From positions 1 to 27,358 of the forward strand of contig NIVC01002195.1 of assembly GCA_002269645.1 (NCBI GenBank): 27,358 bases of DNA, written 5' to 3'. A program made the translations under genes and the position numbers. Positions within the stretch are counted from its first letter, which is position 1, and each line of letters starts with the position of its first letter. The notes beneath the pieces are model-generated. The model saw nothing but the letters and a program-made list of their open reading frames with translations. It ran no database searches and was not told the origin of the DNA. Shown one piece after another: positions 19,893 through 27,358 of the stretch. This DNA is from Macrostomum lignano. Its lineage: Eukaryota.

Positions 19893-22800
19893 CTGGCGGG
19901 GTGGGGTTGGAGCGGAGTGCTGCGGTGTACCCACAAACTAATGAGTATCGCACTGTTACACTCTATGGGTATCGCACTGTTATACTCTATGGGTAGCGCA
20001 CTGTTATACTCTATGGGTATCGCACTGTTATACTCTATGGGTAGCGCACTGTTACACTTTATGGGTATCGCACTGTTATACTCTATAGGTATCGCACTGT
20101 TATACTCTATGGGTATCGCACTGTTACACTTTATGGGTATCGCACTGTTATACTCTATGGGTATCGCACTGTTATACTCTATAGGTATCGCACTGTTATA
20201 CTCTATGGGTATCGCACTGTTACACTCTATGGATATCGCACTGTTACACTCTATAGGTATCGCACTGTTACCCTCTATGGATAACGCACTGTTATACTCT
20301 ATGGATAACGCACTGTTACACTCTATGGGTATCGCACTGTTACACTCAATGGGTATCGCACTGTTATACTCAATGGGTATCGCACTGTTACACTCTATGG
20401 GTATCGCACTGTTACACTCTATGGGTATCGCACTGTTATACTCTATGGGTATCGCACTGTTACACTTTATGGGTATCGCACTGTTGTACTCTATGGGTAT
20501 CGCACTGTTGTACTCTATGGGTATCGCACTGTTACACTCTTTGGGTATCGCACTGTTATACTCTATGGGTATCGCACTGTTATACTCTATGGGTATCGCA
20601 CTGTTATACTCTATGGGTATCGCACTGTTACACTCTATGGGTATCGCACTGTTACACTCTATGGGTATCACACTGTTATACTCTATAGGTATCGCACTGT
20701 TATACTCTATGGGTATCGCACTGTTACACTCTATGGGTATCGCACTGTTACACTTTATGGGTATCGCACTGTTATACTCTATGGGTATCGCACTGTTACA
20801 CTCTATGGGTATCGCACTGTTACACTTTATGTGTATCGCACTGTTATACTCTATGGGTATGGCACTGTTATACTTAGGATAGTCATACAAATAAAAGATT
20901 CACTCACTATAAGACTTCTCCTGATAGCACCTGGACTTGAGCCTGTGCGCATAGTCCTGTATAATCTCAGTCTCCAAATGCTGCAGAGAGCCAGTGAAAT
21001 CGGAGTCGAAGTTTGGCTTAACAAAATACGGCACAGAATACTGGCTGGTCGCTCTTTGCTGGTTGAATTTTCTGCAGGATTAGGAAGGAATTCGGTAGAA
21101 GCTTCTTTGTCAGACAGACTGAAGAATACTATTTCCAATTTTTAATGCTAGAGGCGCGTGGGCGATTCCCTAATGGAAGGGGGCGATTCTCTAATGGAAG
21201 TGGGCGATTCCCTAATGGAAGGGGCCGATTCCCCAATGGAAGGGGCCAATTCCCCAATGGAAGGGGCCGATTCCCTAATGGAAGGGGCCAATTCCCTAAT
21301 GGAAGGGGCCGATTCCCTAATGGAAGGGTCGATTCCCTAATGGAAGGGGCCGATTCCCTAATGGAAGGGGCCGATTCCCTAATGGAAGGGGCCGATTCCC
21401 TAATGGAAGGGGCCGATTCCCTAATGGAAGGGGTCGATTCCCTAATGGAAGAGGGCGATTCCCTAATGGAAGAGGGCGATTCCTTAATGGAAGAGGGCGA
21501 TTCCCTAATGGAAGAGGGCGATTCCCTAATGGAAGAAGGCGATTCCCTAATGGAAGAGGGCGATTCACTAATGCAAGAGGGCGATTCTCTAATGGAATAC
21601 TTGCTCACCAAATAGGCGATTCTTGAAGCAGAATCAATACACTTACACACAAGGCCTAATTAACAATTAAAAAGGCCAATGTAAACAGGATGAAAGCAAA
21701 AACAATAGCCAACTGTAACTCACGTGGTCTGCGTGAGGCTGTACCAAGGATCTCGCTGGAGCACTGTAGAGGCAACAGAGATAAGAATTAGCAACAGAAT
21801 CGGACCCAGCTGCAGCAACACCGAATAGTTGGCCGTCCAGCTGGCCTCTCCCTGCTGGAAATCCTGACTACTGTACCGGTAACCATAGTGACCGAACGAG
21901 TGCTGTTGCTGCTGCTGTTGCTGCTGCCGTTGCTGCTGTCTGGCCCGCCGTCGGACTTCCCTACTGGGGAAGCCGCCGCCGAAAAACATGTTGAAAATCT
22001 CTTCGGCCGACACGTCCGGTTCGAATGTCGACTCGTAATAGAAGCCGCCGTTGCTAGCGCTGTTGCTATGGAAACCGCGACGCCTGGCCGCGGCGCTAGA
22101 GCTTTGTTGAGCACTCTCCGGGCCGAACAGGTCGTAGCGTTTGCGCTTCTGCGAATCGGACAGCACGCTGTAGGCGTTGCCGATAGCCTGACAGGGGGGG
22201 GGGTAATTCAATTTCAAACAGTCATGTGCAAGATAGGCTACTGACAAAAGTAGAAAGTAACGAGTGGGATGGTGGGCTGGTTAATAGTAAAAAAAGCAAC
22301 AATTTCTGTTAGATTTGATTTCCCTTTCTCCTTAGGAGAAATTATTTTCACTGTTAAATCAAGTATACTATCTTAAGCTACTTCCGAATTTCAACTCAGT
22401 AGTATGATCTCTCCTCACTCCCCACTCTCTACTGGCTCATTTATCTGCCAATCGTTCGCGCCATTCTATGCAAGTCCTGCACCCCCTCCCACCCCAATTT
22501 ATTTTTTTGCCCCCCCATTGCTCGCGTTCTGGCTGGAGTGGGGTTAAACTGCTAAAACGTACATAACCAAATGTACAGTTTCTGCACTGAAAAAAGGTGT
22601 CACGTGACTGGCTTTCTCTTTTAATAAAAAACTGAATAAAAAAGTAGTGTCCAAAACATTAAATAGTAAAAAGCCTGCCTTGAAGGCCTCGGCAGCCCCG
22701 GGCGCCTTGTTCTTGTCCGGATGAAATCGAAGCGCCAGCTTCCTGTAGGCCCGTTTCAAATCCTCATCGCCGGCGTCCTTAGCAACGCCCAAGATAGCGT

Positions 22801-23892
22801 AATAGTTGGCGGCTTGTCTGATTTTGCGCACCTCGGCAACCTGACAGGATAGAAAAAGGTGCACTTTATTTGCAAATAAATAATGTGGATCAGATAGGAG
22901 TTTGAGATAGAGACAAACTCAATGTTTTTTTAAAATAAAAACAGTAGTAAAACAGTGAGAGATTCAATTTAGACTACTGAGAAAAGTAGACGCATACAGA
23001 TTTGAATCGTCAAATCTCTCACATTGCCCGCCATAACTGACGGCGGGCTTAACTCAAATCAGCATTCGATTCCCAAAAGGAAATTCGATGTATCTGCAGT
23101 ACGCTGATGTCTCAGTTATTCTCGGGATTATGAGGACACGTGTTGCTTGCTTTACAGTAACGTATTTTCTGCTTTCCTGTTCTCATGTTCTGTGGTTCTT
23201 CTGTACTCTTGTTTTCTGGTTCTCAGATTTTTGGGTTCCTGTCGTCTTGTTATTTTGTTTCCTCGTTTGTTAATGCAACTTTGGTTAGATTTATTGACAT
23301 ATTCTCTTTAAGCTGATAAATATACACGTGTTCGTCTTACCTTAAATCAGCCAGCCCCCTCATTTAACCCCGCTAAAGCCGAGTTTCCAGTCCCTTCTTT
23401 CTGTGGTAAATTTATATCGTAGAAGTCCCTGCTTATACAATAGATAAGCTAGAAAGAATTGCACTATAAATCAAAGGATGCACGCGAGGTTGCTGCGACA
23501 CAATGGTTTACTTTAAGGACTGTACTGCTGTACAAGACAATAGGCTCTACGAGGGAAAGAGAGCAGCAACCACGCCTCCGGGCTCGAACCTGATCATCCG
23601 TGTAGTTCCGCTCCACGCGGTGCCCGGACGCCGCCGAGGCCGGAGACGTCCTCGATTTCGACGACGTCGACGAGGCGGAGGTTGGCGCCGCGCCGCCAGA
23701 CGGTGCAGCCGACGGTTGGCGATGCCGTTCAGCGTCGGCGGCAATTTTCTGTACCAGCTTCTGCGCCTCATCAGACGGATAGAGCCGGACTGCTTTGTCC
23801 GCAAATCTGGCCGCCTTGGCGAAGTCGGCCGCCGACAGGGCTGACCGAGCAATGGCCAGGCACTTGAGGCTTTCGTCTCGGTTGCCTTCCAT
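19777..23892 (-). CDS. DNAJB12: DnaJ homolog subfamily B member 12/14-like ER membrane J-protein; join(23892-23590, 22840-22679, 22187-21724, 21071-20908, 19892-19777) = 1209 nt, 402 aa
   Basis: N-terminus [23 protein letters not shown] domain with HPD ([35 protein letters not shown]), [21 protein letters not shown] segment [18 protein letters not shown]1977-like C-terminus ([35 protein letters not shown]). All splice phases are consistent. B12 versus B14 cannot be distinguished (pre-duplication type in invertebrates). Confidence 0.95.
19941..20876. repeat. 24-bp minisatellite, 39 copies, in DNAJB12/14 intron 4
   Basis: Unit ATGGGTATCGCACTGTTA(T/C)ACTCT; 936 bp = 39 x 24, substitutions only. 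Confidence 0.98.
20908..21071 (-). CDS. DNAJB12: DNAJB12/14 exon 4 (164 nt; not in ORF track)
   Basis: CTGCAG|A AAA TTC..; [54 protein letters not shown]; donor A|GTGAGT, phase 1. Confidence 0.92.
21161..21600. repeat. 21-bp minisatellite, ~21 copies, in DNAJB12/14 intron 3
   Basis: Unit GGCGATTCCCTAATGGAAG(A/G)G; one 1-bp deletion near 21325. Confidence 0.97.
21724..22187 (-). CDS. DNAJB12: DNAJB12/14 exon 3 (464 nt)
   Basis: Acceptor CCCCCCCTGTCAG|GCT (AIGNAY..); donor AC|GTGAGT, phase 2. Confidence 0.95.
22679..22840 (-). CDS. DNAJB12: DNAJB12/14 exon 2 (162 nt, J domain with HPD)
   Basis: Acceptor TTTTTCTATCCTGTCAG|GTT; ends ..AEAFK at a GC donor (AAG|GCAGGC). Confidence 0.92.
23590..23892 (-). 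CDS. DNAJB12: DNAJB12/14 exon 1 (303 nt, phase 0)
   Basis: ATG at 23892; ..NYTDDQ|GTTCGA donor (GT 23589-23588). Confidence 0.88.
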
Positions 23893-24099
23893 AGCGACAA
23901 TGCCTTATTATAATTACACTGCGGTATGTGGTTGCTTGGACTCGTCTGCTTCTACTGATAGTAGTCTGTCAAGGTATTTTGGTGCATTAGCAGACGGACA
24001 AGCCAAGAAACTTGTTGCCATGAATGGACAAAAAATAAATTCTAAGCAATTCATTAGATCTATACAATAAGTATCTAAATTCAATTTGAGTCTATTGTC

Positions 24100-27000
24100 A
24101 AGACAGCTGAGTAGAAACATTTTAATGTAATGGCCATAAGGACAATACTCACATATTTGTCATTCTAAACAGGTGTGGACCCAGAAAATTTTTGAGGGGT
24201 AGAAAAAAGTATGGCCAAAAATCTATAAAATAGCCTAGGTATTTCTATCCTTTAAAAATGGGATATAAATTGCAAACTAACATAGGCTCTATTTATAAAA
24301 TTTTCCTAGCCTTATCCTATGATTGAATTCTTTGAAACATTTTATGGCTAAAATAAGTTTATACATATTTTTATTGCTAAATAATTTACTAGGCCTAGTA
24401 TTAGATTATGATCATTTGGTCCTAGGCATCATAGTAAATTAACATATAGTTAGTATAAAATTCCTACTTATACTATGTGTAATATATAGCAAAAAAGACA
24501 TTTTGTATAAATTGATATAAAATAACAATTTGTTGCTTTTCAGTCTAATATAAAATTCAACATGATCTCTACTATAGGCCCAATACTATATAATAATGTT
24601 CTGCTGCAATAACAGCTATGGTTACAAGAGATTATGAGTATACTATCAATAAATTGTCTCTAGTAAAAGTAGATGTTTGGCTTAGGTAAATCACTTCTTA
24701 TGCCTATGTAATACATTTAATTAATCTTATTGTCAAAAACATGTATATCAAATAATATATTCTATTAATAATATATTTTTAAATATATATCTTAACTTTA
24801 TCTCATATATAGTGAGTGCTTTGTAGCTTTTGTTTATTTAACAGTCATAGTGTCTCTCTCTGCTGTACTATGCATGCACAACCCCCTGATTTCCACTAGC
24901 TATGCAACTTATTTTTTTTACTAAAAATTCAACTTACCTATGAAAGAAACCTAGGCAAAAGGTTATGTTATTTTAGGTAAATGGCATTAATAACTTTAAG
25001 TGTATTATTAAAACTAAATGCCACATCATCTAATTAGCACTATATCTATATTTTATTGGGAAAACATTTATATGACTCACGTTGGCTAGGTCCCTTGCCA
25101 GCTGGCTGGATTGGCTAGCTTGGCTAGGTGCTATGCATGTGTGTCATACACTAGGTCCATTTTGAAATTTACCTTCTGTTGTACAAAAATATCCCCCCAA
25201 ATTATGATACAAATGTGGTCTACAAATTTAATTGTTCTAGTGAAAGAGCATTTCCTAAATGGGAAAGGCCAAATGACACCTATACACAAGAGTCAAAGAA
25301 CATTAGTAACAAAAAACTTTGCCATCAATAAACATCTGCTTATCTAAAAAGGTTGCTATGATCCTAAACTGCATGAAATAATCAAGGCTATAGAATTTTG
25401 AATGATGGCAATTTAGCTTATTAGAGGCTATTTATAGTAGGCCCAAAAGCTACTTTAAACATTTAGCTCACCATTGGGAGTGGGAGCTAGTTACCAACAT
25501 TAATTTTCAATTCACTTAAAAAACTAGACTAGATTCATTTGATATGTACTATGCCTTTCTAGCCAAAACTTTTGTATTCAGCTAAGCCAGTTTTCAGTTT
25601 CAATGGTTAGGTAACAATGTTTCAATAGGAACAATTTTATCTTTTTATTTAATTAAATTTAATTGGTCCTAACCAGTGGCGGATCTAGAGTTTCATTTGG
25701 AAGATAGTCCAAGTCCCATGACTTACCAATATTCATAAAGGGGGGGGCAAATTTAAATGAACTAAAAAGAAGATATCAACTGCCACTGCTCATTGAACAA
25801 CTAAAACAAAGACAAGTTTGGACAAAAGGTGAATATAGATTTTGATAAAGAATAATAGTAAATAGGCATTCTACAACAATTACATTGCACATAACCTATA
25901 ACCATTTAAAGGAGATCAAGTGTAGATATAAAAAGACTGAAGAAAATGGATCCCTGCAAAAATATGAAACCCAATGTCATTGACTTAGATAGACTATACA
26001 AAGTTTGAACAATTACAAGTTTTGAATTTAGTCTATATAATAAAATTGCATATTTATAATCAAGCAAAATAGACTAGGCCTCTATAGACTTTAGACCATA
26101 TCTGAATATTCAACAATTTAATTGCCTCATTAAAGATATAAACACAATAGAATAATTTAACCTCCTAGCTTAAACACATGGACATTAGATACAATATACA
26201 ATTCTCTATTAGATTCTATAAAATCTAATAAAAAAAACATATCACATAAGTGTACAAATGAAATTTCTTTTAGAAAGGGGGATATTTTATATAGACTTCA
26301 GTTGTTTATAGTTTCCTTTTCTTTAATACTCAATAAATGAGCTATATAAAAACTGAGTATAGCATATCCAACTTTCTAACATATATAAATTATAATATTT
26401 TATAGTCCTCTTTGATATTTTAGGCTTAAAAGGTAGAGTTTATAATAGTGTTCTGCCATAGCCATAGCTACGGCTATGGGATCCTATGGCAAATATAGTA
26501 AAATAGGTAACTACGGATATGCCTATAGTAGCTAGCTGCTCTTATGGCTACGACTATGGAAATATGGTATTTGCTGTCATATTCTGTAGATTCCCATAGC
26601 TATAGTTATTAATTTAAACAAAGATACTTCAGTAAACTATATTATCAACTTAGAAAATTATAGAATATACCTAATAAAATACAATAAAATACTAGCAAAC
26701 TCTAATTTTTATAAATATGAAAAAGTTTAGAATTAGTACTTTCAGCAAGAATGTTGATTACACTAAATACTAATAGACAAAAATATAAAAAGTTGATAAT
26801 TTGAGAAACAAATATTTTTTTACCAATAAATTTTCATTTAATGAGTCTTTTTACCTTAGCAAGGGTGTAAGATTTATCAAATAAAATAAAAAACAACAAA
26901 ATAACTCAAAATCTTATTGGAGTTTCCATATAGCAATGTCTATAATAGATAAAAATAAATTGGCTATAGTATGGGCCTACAACAAAAGAAAATATTTTCT

Positions 27001-27358
27001 TTTATAAATTGTTTAAATTTAGTAAAAAGTTTTAACATTGCCACAATCAAGGTGGTAGATTTCATGCAAAATTGTGGCATACACAGAGGAATTTTCTCGG
27101 CACATAGTGCACACAGCGCGCCACACTTGGTGCACAGTCTATACTAAAAAATTCTTAGTTCACACATAAAGTGTGACATACATAAATGTGTACTTGCTCC
27201 TTTTTAAAATATACAATCTACCTAGGCCTATACTAAATAATTATACTATGCCAGTATGCCTAGTAACTTTTACAATAATTGGTAATTTTCTTACAAACAT
27301 AAAAGACTGCTCAAAGTTCCAATTTAATTCATTTTGAATAAAAACAAAGCAATCACAA
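24100..27358. other. AT-rich non-coding region upstream of DNAJB12/14 with scattered repeat-like fragments
   Basis: No credible ORF and high A/T content. A MITE-end-like motif CAGTGGCGGATCTAG is near 25675. Confidence 0.7.

Noticed and set aside
19808-20890. 355-aa (+) and 360-aa (-) ORFs (MGIALLYS / IPIEYNSA repeats)
   Set aside because: Translation of a stop-free 24-bp minisatellite in DNAJB intron 4. Read-through from exon 4 hits TGA within three codons, and the real exon 5 is in another frame.
19941-21600. CRISPR-like appearance of the 24- and 21-bp arrays
   Set aside because: Direct head-to-tail units without spacers; no cas genes.
21129-21650. MEEGDSL / IRESPSS / PLPLGNR repeat ORFs
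   Set aside because: Products of the 21-bp intronic minisatellite; broken by a 1-bp deletion and no domain recognised.
21788-22244. ORFs overlapping DNAJB exon 3 in other frames or strand (also 23503-24070 over exon 1)
   Set aside because: Shadow ORFs of GC-rich coding exons.
22998-23048. Two adjacent hairpins in DNAJB intron 1 (AGATTTGA/TCAAATCT; GCCCGCC/GGCGGGC) and an 11-mer CGGCGGGCTTA shared with the stop-codon region
   Set aside because: Short stems with no CTRR end or second copy; compatible with chance.
25674-25752. CAGTGGCGGATCTAG..GGGGGGGGC MITE-end-like motif (similar fragments near 5000, 22500 and 24175)
   Set aside because: No matching opposite end or TSD found, so no element could be delimited.
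26450-26610. CCATAGC-TACG-GCTATGG hairpin within a CTATGG/CCATAG-rich patch
   Set aside because: Self-complementary low-complexity patch; no evidence of transcription or element boundaries.

Overview
Eukaryotic (animal, probably invertebrate) genomic DNA, dominated by rolling-circle transposon sequence and tandem repeats, with one conserved housekeeping gene. (1) 1-3673 (+): RepHel transposase of a Helitron-like element with Helentron/Helitron2 (HLE2)-type Rep motifs (TLSAAD, EYQxRGSPHxH, YxxKY) and a complete PIF1 helicase. It is split by six frameshifts that are all -1 and carries no in-frame stops, so it may be intact. (2) 5.1-9.2 kb: small MITE, 37-bp minisatellite, ~340/326-bp tandem repeat with 666-bp higher-order structure, internally deleted mariner with both TIRs and TA flanks, and microsatellites. 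(3) 9806-10275 (+): a two-exon ORF split across two entries of the ORF track, encoding an RGG/Gly-rich region joined in frame to a CCHC zinc knuckle. (4) An identical 48-bp end module (11-bp subterminal IR, 8-bp-stem hairpin, CTAGT) at 11.17 kb and 17.44 kb. The first copy abuts the reverse complement of the subterminal IR, which defines a head-to-tail junction and a ~6.27-kb non-autonomous element. That element contains ~70 copies of a ~53-bp satellite whose unit itself resembles a Helitron 3' end. (5) 19777-23892 (-): complete five-exon DNAJB12/DNAJB14-family gene (402 aa) with a GC-AG intron and two introns largely filled by 21- and 24-bp minisatellites. (6) 24.1-27.4 kb: AT-rich non-coding DNA. 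All calls were made by eye; no database search was run.
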